A stretch of DNA of 64,000 nucleotides from Minisyncoccota bacterium (GCA_041662205.1 JBAZSZ010000001.1:226494-290493); one strand, 5' to 3'; shown: positions 48,527-59,067, numbered from the stretch's first letter. Numbers and translations: made by a program. The notes: a model not told the origin generated them from the sequence alone.

Positions 48527-49937
48527 TTTTACCTATTATAGAAGCTATAGTAAAAGGATCAGGTGATTTATCTAATCCAGACAAAGCAAAACGTATTGGA
48601 TGTAGGAGCTCTCCCCTACTGTCCAATTTATCTGCTATCGTCATCAATACATTTTTAATATTTTCGACAGTAAAATTTTCTTCTTCTATCCCCCCTAATG
48701 CTTTTATTGCCTGATTTAAATTTTCAGATATTTTTTCGGGTAAAGTATTTTTAAAAATTAATTTTTCTTTAGAATAACTTGGTTGCTTGAAGAAAAAATC
48801 CAATTCCCCTTTTTCTACCATTTCTTTTACATCCCCCCACTTAGAAATTCTCTCTAAGACTACATGAACAAGTTTTGGATTACGCATTTTCTCAGGCAAC
48901 CATTCTAAAATATTTTTTTCTATTTCAGCTTGGGAAAGTAATTTTATATGTTCTTTATTGAGCCAATTTAATTTATCATCACTCCATTTTGCTCCAGAAT
49001 GTTGAATTTTAGTCAGATCAAAAACGTTTATCAATTCGTCACGTGTGTATACTTCTTTTTCTCCCCCCGGATTAAAACCAAGAAACGCTAAGTAGTTTAT
49101 CATTGCGTCTGGTAAATATCCTTCTTTTTCATATTCTAAAATGTCTTTTGCTCCATCTCTTTTGCTTAACTTTTTTTTTCCTTCTATCCCCATTATCGGT
49201 GGAGTAGTCACAAAATACGGAGGCATAACACCCAATGCTTTGTAGACAGCCAAAAATTTAGGAGTCGAAGAAATAAATTCCTGTCCTCGCACGACATGAG
49301 TCACCCCCATCTCTATATCGTCCACAATATGCGCAAAATTATATGTAGGATATCCATCACTTTTAATTAAAATAAAATCATCCAAAGCTTCAGGCCCCGC
49401 AGAAAGTTCTCCCCAAACAAGATCATTCCAAACTGCTTGTTTTAATTCTGACACTTTAAATCTTAGTGGCATAGTTCCATCCCAGACAGGTGGATTTTCA
49501 GGCCGATGTTCGCGATACAAAAAAGGTTTTTTCTCTATTTCTGCTTTTTTTTTAAATTCTTCAATCTCTTTTTCAGCATAAGGGTCAGCATATGCCGAGC
49601 CTTTTTTTATTAAAATCTCTGCATATTTTTTATATAATTCCAATCTCTCTGATTGAATATACGGTGCAAAAGGTCCACCGATGTCCGGCCCTTGATCCCA
49701 ATTCAAACCAAGCCATTTTAGTGATTTTTGAATATGCTCTATAGAACCTGCCACTTCCCTTTCCTTGTCAGTATCTTCTATGCGCAGAATAAATTGCCCG
49801 TTATTTTTTCTAGCAAAAAGCCACGCATAAAGCGCCGTGCGAACTCCTCCCACATGCATAAAACCAGTAGGCGATGGCGCAAACCGAGTTACAACTTTTT
49901 TTGTAGCTTTTTCTAACATACTATTATATTTTAGCAT
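48492..49937 (-). CDS. gltX: glutamyl-tRNA synthetase
   Basis: RFAPSPTGFMHVGG (HIGH region) and KLSKR. Confidence 0.9.
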   Translation of the reverse strand: MLKYNSMLEKATKKVVTRFAPSPTGFMHVGGVRTALYAWLFARKNNGQFILRIEDTDKEREVAGSIEHIQKSLKWLGLNWDQGPDIGGPFAPYIQSERLELYKKYAEILIKKGSAYADPYAEKEIEEFKKKAEIEKKPFLYREHRPENPPVWDGTMPLRFKVSELKQAVWNDLVWGELSAGPEALDDFILIKSDGYPTYNFAHIVDDIEMGVTHVVRGQEFISSTPKFLAVYKALGVMPPYFVTTPPIMGIEGKKKLSKRDGAKDILEYEKEGYLPDAMINYLAFLGFNPGGEKEVYTRDELINVFDLTKIQHSGAKWSDDKLNWLNKEHIKLLSQAEIEKNILEWLPEKMRNPKLVHVVLERISKWGDVKEMVEKGELDFFFKQPSYSKEKLIFKNTLPEKISENLNQAIKALGGIEEENFTVENIKNVLMTIADKLDSRGELLHPIRFALSGLDKSPDPFTIASIIGKNETLLRLQKAI

Positions 49938-49943
49938 ATTTTT

Positions 49944-51074
49944 TTATCTTTCGTGGTTCAAAGCTATATCTACTAATTCTTGAGCTATTTTTTCGGCAGC
50001 ACCTTCTTTACCAAAAGCTTTTGCATTTTGTGTCATTTTTTCATAGCTTATCTTGTCTTTTATTATTCTTTCAATTTCTAAACTTAAAATATTAGCTGTC
50101 ATATTATCCTCTTCGATAACACTACAAGCTCCAGCTCGGGCATAACAAAAAGCGTTTTTTCTTGAGTGATCAGCATTTGAATTCTTAAAAGGAACTAAAA
50201 TTGACGGCACACCCCAAGAGGATATCTCAAATAGAGTAGATCCAGCCCGAGAAACAATTATAGTCGCTGCGCCAGCAACCATTTTTATTTGTAGAGTATT
50301 TAAAAAAGGAAAAGGTAAATACCTTGCTTTGTTATTATTATTTGCCAATATAACTTCAGCTTCTCCGGAAACTGTTTTAAATTTCTGAACTCCAGTTTGG
50401 TGAATAATATAATAATTTTTTATCAATACTGGCAACGCGTCCAAGATAACATTATTTATGAGTTCTGCCCCTTGAGAGCCACCGAGGATAACGATAATGG
50501 GTATTTTTTCTTCTAATTTAAAATATTTTAATGCTTCATTTGGTGACGCCTTGTGTTCTATTTCTGTTCTAATAGGCTGTCCCACCCAAGCAACGTTTTC
50601 TTTTGGAAAAAAACCAGCGGCCTCAGCAAAAGAAACGGCGACTTTTTTAGCAAAATGTCCTGCCCAAAGATTCACTCTTCCTGGAGCAGAATCTGATTCA
50701 TGGATTAAAACAGGGATGCGTAAAATTCTAGCTGCAAAAATAGTCGGAAATGATGCGTAACCTCCCTTGCCAAAAACAACATCAGGATAAATTGAAAACA
50801 ATTTATAAATTGCATTAATAGTACCAAAAAAAATTTTAAAAACATCAATAAAATTTAAAAAAGAAAAATAAGTACGCATTTTTCCGGAGCCCACTTCTTC
50901 ATACAAGAGTCCATTTTCAACAAGCATTTTTTTATCATAGGGACTATCAGAAAAATAATAAAGTTTCGCTCCTACGAGATGTTCTTTATCTATTATTTGA
51001 TTAACTTTTTGAGCGACAGCAATGAGTGGATAAAAATGTCCACCTGTTCCCCCACCCGTAAAAACTATTTTCAT
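49944..51074 (-). CDS. murG: undecaprenyldiphospho-muramoylpentapeptide beta-N-acetylglucosaminyltransferase
   Basis: FTGGGTGGHFYP N-terminus; GT28 fold. Confidence 0.85.
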   Translation of the reverse strand: MKIVFTGGGTGGHFYPLIAVAQKVNQIIDKEHLVGAKLYYFSDSPYDKKMLVENGLLYEEVGSGKMRTYFSFLNFIDVFKIFFGTINAIYKLFSIYPDVVFGKGGYASFPTIFAARILRIPVLIHESDSAPGRVNLWAGHFAKKVAVSFAEAAGFFPKENVAWVGQPIRTEIEHKASPNEALKYFKLEEKIPIIVILGGSQGAELINNVILDALPVLIKNYYIIHQTGVQKFKTVSGEAEVILANNNNKARYLPFPFLNTLQIKMVAGAATIIVSRAGSTLFEISSWGVPSILVPFKNSNADHSRKNAFCYARAGACSVIEEDNMTANILSLEIERIIKDKISYEKMTQNAKAFGKEGAAEKIAQELVDIALNHER

Positions 51075-51083
51075 ATATTTATT

Positions 51084-52187
51084 TTAATTATTTTTACGCT
51101 GAAATCTGGATATATTAAGCACAATACCCATTGTTATCATATAAACCATAAGTGAAGTACCTCCTTGACTCATAAAAACCAATGGAACTCCTGTCAGAGG
51201 AAAAACACCAATTACAGAAGCAATATGCATAAACGACTGCGCTGTAATTAGTATAACAATTCCATAAACTAAAAGTCCACTAAACGCATCTGGGGAACGA
51301 TTGGCAATACGAAAACCACGTAAAATAAAAAATAAATAAAGAAAAATAGTAATAGTTGATCCAATAAAGCCAAATTCCTCCCCCAAAACAGCAAAAATAG
51401 AATCCCCTTGTGGTTCTGGGAGATAACTAAACTTTTGAATACTTTGACCAAATCCTCGTCCAAAAATACCTCCGGATCCCAAAGCAATAAGCGATTGTTG
51501 AATTTGATAAGAAGATCCCTGCGCATCTGCTGATGGATTAATAAAAGTTTTCACTCGTTCTTGCAAATAAGGCGTAAAATAAACGAGAGTTCCGAGCAGT
51601 AACACAGCTCCAAGAATTGTACCTAAAATGTATTTTATAGGAACGCTGGCGATAAAAAGCATTGAGATTCCAGTAATAGTAATCAAAATAAAACTTTTTG
51701 TATCTGGTTGCTTTAATAAAACAAAAGCAATAACTGCGATCATTATTAAAAAGGGTAAAATTCCAAATTTAAAATCCTGTACTTTGTTTTTTATCCAAGA
51801 CAACCATGCTGCAAGATAAATCACAAAAGCAAATTTTAAAAATTCTACTGGTTGAAAATTAAATCCACCTATTTGTATCCACCTTTGCGCTCCACCATGA
51901 CTCCAACCGATAGAAGGAATAAAAACCGCTGCAGTTAATAATATAGATCCTAAAAAAATTATAAAAGAAAATTTACGCCAAAATTTATAATTTATTTTGG
52001 AACAAATATACATACCCACCAAGCCGAGACCCAGACCGAGAACTAGCTGACTAAAAAGAACTGAATAAAATATTTTTTCATTTTTTGCTAAAACTCCAAG
52101 AGATGCAGAAATAAACATAGCAACTCCAAGTGCTAGTAAAATAAATATAATTATAAGAAAAAATTTATCAACCTTTTTTTCTTTCAT
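51084..52187 (-). CDS. ftsW: SEDS family peptidoglycan glycosyltransferase (FtsW/RodA)
   Basis: 10-TM SEDS topology, conserved C-terminal motifs; located between mraY and murG. Confidence 0.8.
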   Translation of the reverse strand: MKEKKVDKFFLIIIFILLALGVAMFISASLGVLAKNEKIFYSVLFSQLVLGLGLGLVGMYICSKINYKFWRKFSFIIFLGSILLTAAVFIPSIGWSHGGAQRWIQIGGFNFQPVEFLKFAFVIYLAAWLSWIKNKVQDFKFGILPFLIMIAVIAFVLLKQPDTKSFILITITGISMLFIASVPIKYILGTILGAVLLLGTLVYFTPYLQERVKTFINPSADAQGSSYQIQQSLIALGSGGIFGRGFGQSIQKFSYLPEPQGDSIFAVLGEEFGFIGSTITIFLYLFFILRGFRIANRSPDAFSGLLVYGIVILITAQSFMHIASVIGVFPLTGVPLVFMSQGGTSLMVYMITMGIVLNISRFQRKNN

Positions 52188-52189
52188 AT

Positions 52190-53245
52190 TTACCGACTAA
52201 TAATTGCTAAGATCACACCTACGATGGCAAACATAATTGAAAGAACCCAAAAGCGCATTGTCACTTTATAAGATGGCCAACCAAGCGCTTGAAAATGATG
52301 ATGAATCGGTGCAAGCCTAAATATCCTTTTACCTCCTCTAAATTTTTTTGAAATAAATTGTAAAATAACTGATCCAGATGTGATGACAAGCATTAGAGCT
52401 ACTATAGGAAGGATTAAGACCGAATCAGTCAGAAATGCTAAAGTAGCCAAAGTAATAGTAAGCCCCATGATACCTGTTTCTCCCATATAAAATCTTGCAG
52501 GTGGAATATTAAACCAAAGAAACGCGAGTATCGCTCCAGTAGCAACTCCAGAGAAAACAGCTAGATCTATTTGATTATTGGCAAAAGCAACCGCTGAATA
52601 CGCAGCAAAAATAGAAGCCATTACTCCCCCCGAAAGTCCATCTATGCCATCTATGACCCCGCCAGAGAAAGTGGCTAGTGCCACTATTATGAAAAATGGA
52701 ATGATTAAAATACCTAAATAAATCTCCCCACCAAACGGTATATGGATGGAATTCATTCCTAATTTATAAAAAAACCAGTATCCAATTAAAAAAGATATTA
52801 GAATCACAAAAAAAGCTTTCCATTTACGCCAAGACGCATCATCTCTAGCCGCCTTACTATTTCCATAGATCTGAAGTAAGTCATCCCAAAGCCCAATCAG
52901 TGAACCTAAAAGTAAAGTAAAAAATGGTATTAATGTCTGATTACGAGAAAGAAAATTCATTTTTTCTGTATTAATAGAAGGAAATATAATTGATGTCAGA
53001 AAAAAAATAAGGGTGGTAAGTAAAACAGAAAACCAAATTATTATTCCTCCGACACGGGGGGTATTTATTTCTTCTTTTTCATTGTGAATTTTATGAAAAT
53101 CTGATGCAGAAGTATCTATATTCCTAGAATATTTTTTCCACATTTTATATTTATAGAAAAAATGTGTAGCAAAAGGAGTAATTAAAAGGCCTAAAAAAAA
53201 TGCAAATACTGTCGGAACAAAAATTTTAACTAAATTAAAAAGCAT
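52190..53245 (-). CDS. mraY: phospho-N-acetylmuramoyl-pentapeptide transferase
   Basis: MraY motifs (DDxxD region, HHHF). Confidence 0.9.
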   Translation of the reverse strand: MLFNLVKIFVPTVFAFFLGLLITPFATHFFYKYKMWKKYSRNIDTSASDFHKIHNEKEEINTPRVGGIIIWFSVLLTTLIFFLTSIIFPSINTEKMNFLSRNQTLIPFFTLLLGSLIGLWDDLLQIYGNSKAARDDASWRKWKAFFVILISFLIGYWFFYKLGMNSIHIPFGGEIYLGILIIPFFIIVALATFSGGVIDGIDGLSGGVMASIFAAYSAVAFANNQIDLAVFSGVATGAILAFLWFNIPPARFYMGETGIMGLTITLATLAFLTDSVLILPIVALMLVITSGSVILQFISKKFRGGKRIFRLAPIHHHFQALGWPSYKVTMRFWVLSIMFAIVGVILAIISR

Positions 53246-53305
53246 ATAGTTAGTATAACATTAATTTTTTTTGATTAAAACGTATGCCTGTGTTATTGTT
53301 TTCAG

Positions 53306-54133
53306 GTGAATAAAATTAATTTTAAATTAATATTTTCCTTAATTTTTCTAATTTTTGTATCTTTCCCGATATTTACTTTTTCTCTCTTGAATTTTAGAGA
53401 AGGAAAAATAAATGAAATAAATTACCAAAAATTTTTACAAAAAGAAAGAGAAGCTCAAGAAAAAATAGAAAAGAAAAATTATTTAATGGGTAAATTTAAC
53501 CCTAGCACCAGAGAAGATTTTGTTTTAATACCAACAGAATACACGACAGATAAAAGTACGATGTATTTAAGAAAAGAAACCTTAGATGCCTTTTTAAAAA
53601 TGCATGATGCAGCCGCTAAGGATAAAATAGATTTAAAAATAGCTTCTGCGACAAGAAATTTTAATTATCAAAAAGATTTTTGGAATAAAATATGGACTGG
53701 AGCTTCGTTATTAAATAAAGAAAATTTAGCAAAAAGCATACTTGATAATCAAAAAAGATTTAAAAAAATATTAGAGTATGTCGCTGTTCCTGGAACATCT
53801 CGCCACCACTTCGGTACAGATATAGATCTAAATGGTGGTAATGCTTCTTATTTTAATTCGGAAGTAGGCAAAAAAGAATATGCTTGGCTTGTAAAAAATG
53901 CCTTCTTGTTTGGTTTTTGCCAACCATACAATTTAAAAGGAGAAGATAGAACGACTGGTTATAATGAAGAAAAATGGCATTGGTCCTATTTCCCTCTGGC
54001 AAAAAATTTTACGCAAGAATATAAAAATCTAGTGAAGGACGAAGATATAAAAGGATTCCTAGGAGACGAAAATGTAGCTGGAAAAGATTTGATAAATAAT
54101 TATGTGCTTGATATTAATCCAGATTGTTTTTAA
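53306..54133 (+). CDS. M15-family D-alanyl-D-alanine carboxypeptidase (VanY-like)
   Basis: PGTSRHHFGTDIDLN metal-binding motif. Confidence 0.7.
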   Translation: MNKINFKLIFSLIFLIFVSFPIFTFSLLNFREGKINEINYQKFLQKEREAQEKIEKKNYLMGKFNPSTREDFVLIPTEYTTDKSTMYLRKETLDAFLKMHDAAAKDKIDLKIASATRNFNYQKDFWNKIWTGASLLNKENLAKSILDNQKRFKKILEYVAVPGTSRHHFGTDIDLNGGNASYFNSEVGKKEYAWLVKNAFLFGFCQPYNLKGEDRTTGYNEEKWHWSYFPLAKNFTQEYKNLVKDEDIKGFLGDENVAGKDLINNYVLDINPDCF

Positions 54134-54746
54134 TTTTAAAATATCTTTTATAAAGACCAAATTCTGATAATATTTCCCGTAAGGTTAGTGTTACCGCTAT
54201 GGAAACAATTATAGCCAAATTGATATTTAAAAACATTAAAAAATAAAAAGTTGTAGCACCAGCAAAAACAGCCATTATATAACCAGATTTTTTTTGAAAA
54301 GCAAAAGGTGCATCCCCCATCACTGCATCACGAAGAATTCCTCCGCCAAAACCAGTAATCATACCCATAAAAATACAAGCGAGTGCAGTCATAATTCCAT
54401 TACCAACGTTATGAAACAAAAAATTATAAGTTATAGAAGTTCCAATAATTGCAAAAGCAGCTAATCCGACAGAATCTAGAAAACGAAAAAAGGTGAACCA
54501 TTTCTTAAAAACATGTGGCACTAAATATGTAGCAATGCCACCAACGATAGCAAGTAAAAGATAGTTTGGATCTTTTAGATAAAAAAGTGGCGTCCGCCCA
54601 ATAACCAAATCACGAAAAGTTCCCCCTCCCACCGCTGTAATCACACCCAAAAGCACCACCCCAAAAACATTTAGCTCGCGTCCTCTTGCCTTAAATGCCC
54701 CCGCGACCGCAAAAGCTAACGTTCCAATGAGATCTAGAATGTACAT
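54114..54746 (-). CDS. UPF0126/TRIC-like membrane protein
   Basis: Duplicated GGxxRD glycine-rich motifs (GGGTFRDLV; GGGILRDAV). Confidence 0.6.
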   Translation of the reverse strand: MYILDLIGTLAFAVAGAFKARGRELNVFGVVLLGVITAVGGGTFRDLVIGRTPLFYLKDPNYLLLAIVGGIATYLVPHVFKKWFTFFRFLDSVGLAAFAIIGTSITYNFLFHNVGNGIMTALACIFMGMITGFGGGILRDAVMGDAPFAFQKKSGYIMAVFAGATTFYFLMFLNINLAIIVSIAVTLTLREILSEFGLYKRYFKIKNNLD

Positions 54747-54809
54747 AAATTTATTTTATCATAATCCTACCTCACCCCCAACCCCCTCTCCTTAATAAAG
54801 TAGAGGGAG

Positions 54810-55988
54810 CTAATAAACCTCCTGCTGATAACATTTCTCACAATAAACTATCTCAGGCCTATTTGGCGCATAGCTGGTTTCGAATTCATTCTGGCACCCA
54901 ATATTCATGCATTTTCTATGCCAAAGTTTAAGTGAATTCTCTAATTTTAAACGATCACTATTTCTGCAGAAAAAACATTTACGTGGTATTGGAATAGAAT
55001 ATTTTTTGTAAAAGGTAAATTCATTTTGGATAATTTTATAATTTCTACCACATTCTACACAAGTAAGTACTTCATTTAAAATATTTTCCGAAATATCTAA
55101 AATAGAATCCGGTATATGTTCTGACTTTAATGTCTCTTTATTAATAGTTTTTTGAATTTTGTCCCACCATTTATAGCCCCCTTTTTTAGCTTCTTCTTTT
55201 GATAGTGGAAAATATTCCATCGCCATAGTTTCATTATAACCAAAATTAGACATTGAAGCTGGAAAAAATTCTCCATATTCCCCAGTTTTCTTCATATGCT
55301 CAATCAATTTATCTCGCAATTTAAAATATTCTTCCTTAGAATATTCTTTGTTCAAAATACAATATTGGCCATGCTTTATAGCACAACAACCAAAAAGATG
55401 TTTTGAAGAATGACAATATGAAGTAGCACAACGAATGCACTCATACAAGAACTCATTTTTTGATCGAAGATTCATGCAATCCACAATGTCTTTACCCGCT
55501 AAACTAAAAAAACAATACATTGCATTTTCAGCATGCCAGCCAGAAAAACACATATAACAGTTTTTTGAAAACCACCAATCGTGTGTATATTCGCAGTTTA
55601 AACTAGCAATACCATCGTCGTTTACTACTGACATATGAGGAACTTTTCTTATAAGTTCTCTGAATTGAGAAAAAAATGTTTTTGAAAAATCATAATCAGA
55701 ACCATAGCTTTTTGCATCCCATTTATCACTCCACCAACATTTATTGCAGTAAATAGTAAGACCCGAATCTGGAGCATAAATAGACACTACTCCTTTTCCA
55801 CATAAATCACATTTTCTGTTAAAAAGAGACATTTTATTTCTCCACGCCCAGCGTCTTTGTCTACGACAATCTGTACAAAAAGTTGGAAGAGGAACTTTTA
55901 TTTTTTCATAAAATCCAAAATCGTCCGGCTCTATTACGAAATCTTTTTCACAATTCTGACATATTTTGTTTTCACTTTTATCTTTCAT
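54810..55988 (-). CDS. Cys-rich zinc-ribbon-repeat protein, paralog family member B
   Basis: CQNCEKDFVIEPDDFGFYEKIKVPLPTFCTDCRRQRR N-terminus; C-terminus ...PEIVYCEKCYQQEVY is identical to members A and C. Confidence 0.6.
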   Translation of the reverse strand: MKDKSENKICQNCEKDFVIEPDDFGFYEKIKVPLPTFCTDCRRQRRWAWRNKMSLFNRKCDLCGKGVVSIYAPDSGLTIYCNKCWWSDKWDAKSYGSDYDFSKTFFSQFRELIRKVPHMSVVNDDGIASLNCEYTHDWWFSKNCYMCFSGWHAENAMYCFFSLAGKDIVDCMNLRSKNEFLYECIRCATSYCHSSKHLFGCCAIKHGQYCILNKEYSKEEYFKLRDKLIEHMKKTGEYGEFFPASMSNFGYNETMAMEYFPLSKEEAKKGGYKWWDKIQKTINKETLKSEHIPDSILDISENILNEVLTCVECGRNYKIIQNEFTFYKKYSIPIPRKCFFCRNSDRLKLENSLKLWHRKCMNIGCQNEFETSYAPNRPEIVYCEKCYQQEVY

Positions 55989-55997
55989 ATTTTTAAT

Positions 55998-56017
55998 CTA
56001 CTTTAGTTAAGTAAAGT
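55998..56017. promoter_or_regulatory. palindromic motif TACTTTA-N6-TAAAGTA between the two tandem Cys-rich genes
   Basis: The same 7-N6-7 palindrome recurs at 61405-61424 and 62389-62407. Confidence 0.5.
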
Positions 56018-56040
56018 AATTAAAATACACTAGCCACAGG

Positions 56041-57744
56041 CTAATAAACCTCTTGCTGGTAACATTTCTCACAATAAACTATCTCTGGCCTATCTGGTGC
56101 ATAACTTGTCTCAAATTCTACTTCACATTTTTTATCTACGTGAAAATGCCCAGCTTTGTTGCACATACACTGTCTGCGCCAAAGCTTGTTTGGTCCTCTA
56201 TTTTTATAACGTTTAATGTGACGGCATTCAGGGCAATTGCGCGGTATTGGTATTTCCATTCTTTTATAAAAAGCCAGCTCATCTTCTATAATTCGATAAT
56301 TTTTATTGCACTCTGTACACAAAAAGACTTCTTTGTTTACATCAAAATCTTTTAATAAATTCATTATAGAATCTGGGAAACTTTTCCAATCTATTGTTTC
56401 TTTGCCATACGTCCCCCGAGGAGTATCTTCCCATTTAAAACCTTGAGCTAGCGCTTCTTCTTTGGTGAGTGGGAGTTCGTCCATAACAGAAGATTCATTG
56501 TAACCGAATGGTGAAATATCCTTTGGAAAAAAGTCACCATAAATACCACCTTCTTTCATTTTTGAAATAATTTCTGCGCGCAATTTTTTATAATCTTCTT
56601 TGCTATATTGTTTATTTAAAATACAATAAGAACCCTTTATTAAAGAAACGCATCCAAAACAATTATTAGAATTTGGGCAATTTAAACAATATTCCATAAA
56701 TTGTGAGCCCCAGCAATATTGAGAACAAATAATATTTGACGCTTCGAGACCAGTATTAAGGGTATTATAAATTAATTCTGATGTGCGTCCTGCAGTGTTG
56801 CAATCCATGCAATCTTTCGCTCCACGCCAAACATGCATAGAATAAGCATTATCTTCCGCATCATAAGAATGGAAACATTGACGATTATTTTTTACATTTG
56901 TCATATAGTTTCCAGTAGAATTTACGGCATTGAAAATCTCAGCGAACTTTCTAGGTTTGTCTTTTATAAAATTTTGAAATTCTTTTTTAAAAGATTCCAC
57001 TCCGGAATGCGTATCTAATCTAAAAGATTTTAATTTCTTTTCATATTCCTCTTTTGTGTATGATTCATTAAAAATACAATTTTTTTGTCCACGCAGATTT
57101 ATACATCCTAAACAACTTGTACAATTTCGGCAATCAAGAAGAAAAGAACTATCAAGACAACTATGGCACCCTTTAGAAAATCGTAGATTATTGCAGTCAT
57201 AACAATCATCAACTTCATATGACAATTCTACTTTGTTTGTAAAAGAACAATCAACTAAATCTTTTGAAAGCTGGATCCAATAGCAATTAATACAATTCTC
57301 ATTATTTGAACTTTCTATGATCACATAGCAGTTTTTATTATCAGCTGTAAAATTTAAATAATGACAATTAACATTCCTTAAACCAGTTAAGGCTGGTTTT
57401 GGAGTTTTTTCCCAAAGCTTCCTAAATTGTTCAAAGAATGATTTTTTAGAGTCATAATCTTCCGCATATTTTTTAGCTTCTAAATCGTCGCCATACCAAC
57501 AATTAGAACACCAACTTGGATAAGTTTTGTTTGGGCTAAAAACTGAAATGGTATCTTTTTTACAATTATCACAAATGCGTTTATAAAAACATCTTTCATT
57601 TTTATAACAAAGTCGAAGTTGCATTCGACACTCTGGACAAATTTTGGGAGAAAGCACACCAATCTTTTCATAAAATCCAAAATCATCCGGCTCTATTAGG
57701 AAATCTTTTTCACAATTCTGACATTGCTTAGTTTGTGCTTCCAT
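56041..57744 (-). CDS. Cys-rich zinc-ribbon-repeat protein, paralog family member C
   Basis: TKQCQNCEKDFLIEPDDFGFYEKI N-terminus; two internal C..C.GC..L....YCI.N..Y.KE.Y modules; C-terminus PEIVYCEKCYQQEVY. Confidence 0.6.
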   Translation of the reverse strand: MEAQTKQCQNCEKDFLIEPDDFGFYEKIGVLSPKICPECRMQLRLCYKNERCFYKRICDNCKKDTISVFSPNKTYPSWCSNCWYGDDLEAKKYAEDYDSKKSFFEQFRKLWEKTPKPALTGLRNVNCHYLNFTADNKNCYVIIESSNNENCINCYWIQLSKDLVDCSFTNKVELSYEVDDCYDCNNLRFSKGCHSCLDSSFLLDCRNCTSCLGCINLRGQKNCIFNESYTKEEYEKKLKSFRLDTHSGVESFKKEFQNFIKDKPRKFAEIFNAVNSTGNYMTNVKNNRQCFHSYDAEDNAYSMHVWRGAKDCMDCNTAGRTSELIYNTLNTGLEASNIICSQYCWGSQFMEYCLNCPNSNNCFGCVSLIKGSYCILNKQYSKEDYKKLRAEIISKMKEGGIYGDFFPKDISPFGYNESSVMDELPLTKEEALAQGFKWEDTPRGTYGKETIDWKSFPDSIMNLLKDFDVNKEVFLCTECNKNYRIIEDELAFYKRMEIPIPRNCPECRHIKRYKNRGPNKLWRRQCMCNKAGHFHVDKKCEVEFETSYAPDRPEIVYCEKCYQQEVY

Positions 57745-58309
57745 TTTCTTCTTTTAAATCCCCCGCTTCGACGGATAAATCTTCTAAATTCTTTGATGCG
57801 ACATTTATAGAATTACTAACTTCCGCATAATCTGGTAATTCTTCTACAGATTTTACTCCCATAAAAGACAATAACTCAAAACTAGGTTTGTAAATATATT
57901 TTCTACTATCTTTCATATCTGTAGTTTTCTCTATGAGTCCACGAATAGATAATGCACGTAAAGTAAAACTGGAGTTTACTCCTCTGATATAGTCAATCTC
58001 TGCGCGAGAAACTCCATTTTTATAAAGAATAATAGAAAGGGTTTCTAGGCTTGCTTTTGAAAGATCTTTATTCAATTCTTCTTTTTGTAAGTCTTCGATG
58101 AGCTTACTGCATTCCGAAGCTGTGCCAAGCATAATTTCTTCATCATTTTCAATAAGTACTATTCCTCTATTTTCTAAACTTGTTTTTAAATTTATAATTG
58201 CTGATTGAATTTCTTCTCCTGAAACTTTCAAAATTTCAGAAAGTTTTTTTCGTGACATCGGCTCTCCTTTCCAAAACAATATTGCTTCTATTTTTTGTTC
58301 TAAATTCAT
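57728..58309 (-). CDS. scpB: segregation and condensation protein B
   Basis: Tandem winged-helix EAILF..GEP...L.EIL pattern; directly downstream of and overlapping scpA. Confidence 0.8.
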   Translation of the reverse strand: MNLEQKIEAILFWKGEPMSRKKLSEILKVSGEEIQSAIINLKTSLENRGIVLIENDEEIMLGTASECSKLIEDLQKEELNKDLSKASLETLSIILYKNGVSRAEIDYIRGVNSSFTLRALSIRGLIEKTTDMKDSRKYIYKPSFELLSFMGVKSVEELPDYAEVSNSINVASKNLEDLSVEAGDLKEENGSTN

Positions 58310-59022
58310 ATTTTTTCAATTATAATATCCTGAAAATTCTCATTTTGTGTCGCATCCATTATACCATTTCTAACAAGCTCTAACATGGCCAAAAAACCAA
58401 CTATCACAACAATTTTCTCTTCTTTAGATTCGGCTTTTCCTGCAAAATCTTTAAAATTCATTTTCAGAGAATTTTGAATCCTCTCCGTCAATTTATCTAT
58501 CATTTCTTCCAAACTGATTACTTTTCGTACTTCTACTTTTGGTAAAAATACTTTTTGAGGCATGGCGCCTATTGCGTTTCGAGCGAAAGTCATCATAGAA
58601 TCTCGAGTGATTTGAGCATCTGGCAAAAATACTAGCACATCACTCTTTCTTTCAAGTGGCGCGAAAATTATTTTCTGACCAAAATTATTTTTTACATGAA
58701 CGCCAAGTTTGGTAAAAAGTTCATAAAGTCGAAGTCTTTCTTCCAAATTCTTTATATCTCCTTCCTCCTCATTTGTCAGATCTAAATTCGGTAACAATGA
58801 TTTTGATTTGATTAAAAGCAAAGTAGATGCCACAGAAACAAAACTAGAAACTTCAGAATAATGCAGACCTCCTAATCTATTCATATAATTCAAATAATCC
58901 TCAGTCACCACAGAAAGAGAAACATCATTGATATGAAGCTTCCTTTTTTCAATCAAAGTCAAAAGCAGTCCAAACGGTCCCTCAAAACCAGCTGTTTTTA
59001 TTGTGTAATTTTCTGTTTCCAC
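58306..59022 (-). CDS. scpA: segregation and condensation protein A
   Basis: ScpA kleisin N-terminus (FEGPFGLLLTLIEKRKL). Confidence 0.8.
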   Translation of the reverse strand: METENYTIKTAGFEGPFGLLLTLIEKRKLHINDVSLSVVTEDYLNYMNRLGGLHYSEVSSFVSVASTLLLIKSKSLLPNLDLTNEEEGDIKNLEERLRLYELFTKLGVHVKNNFGQKIIFAPLERKSDVLVFLPDAQITRDSMMTFARNAIGAMPQKVFLPKVEVRKVISLEEMIDKLTERIQNSLKMNFKDFAGKAESKEEKIVVIVGFLAMLELVRNGIMDATQNENFQDIIIEKI

Positions 59023-59067
59023 CTTTATATTATATAACTATTTTAAAATTTTAACTAATTAAATAAT

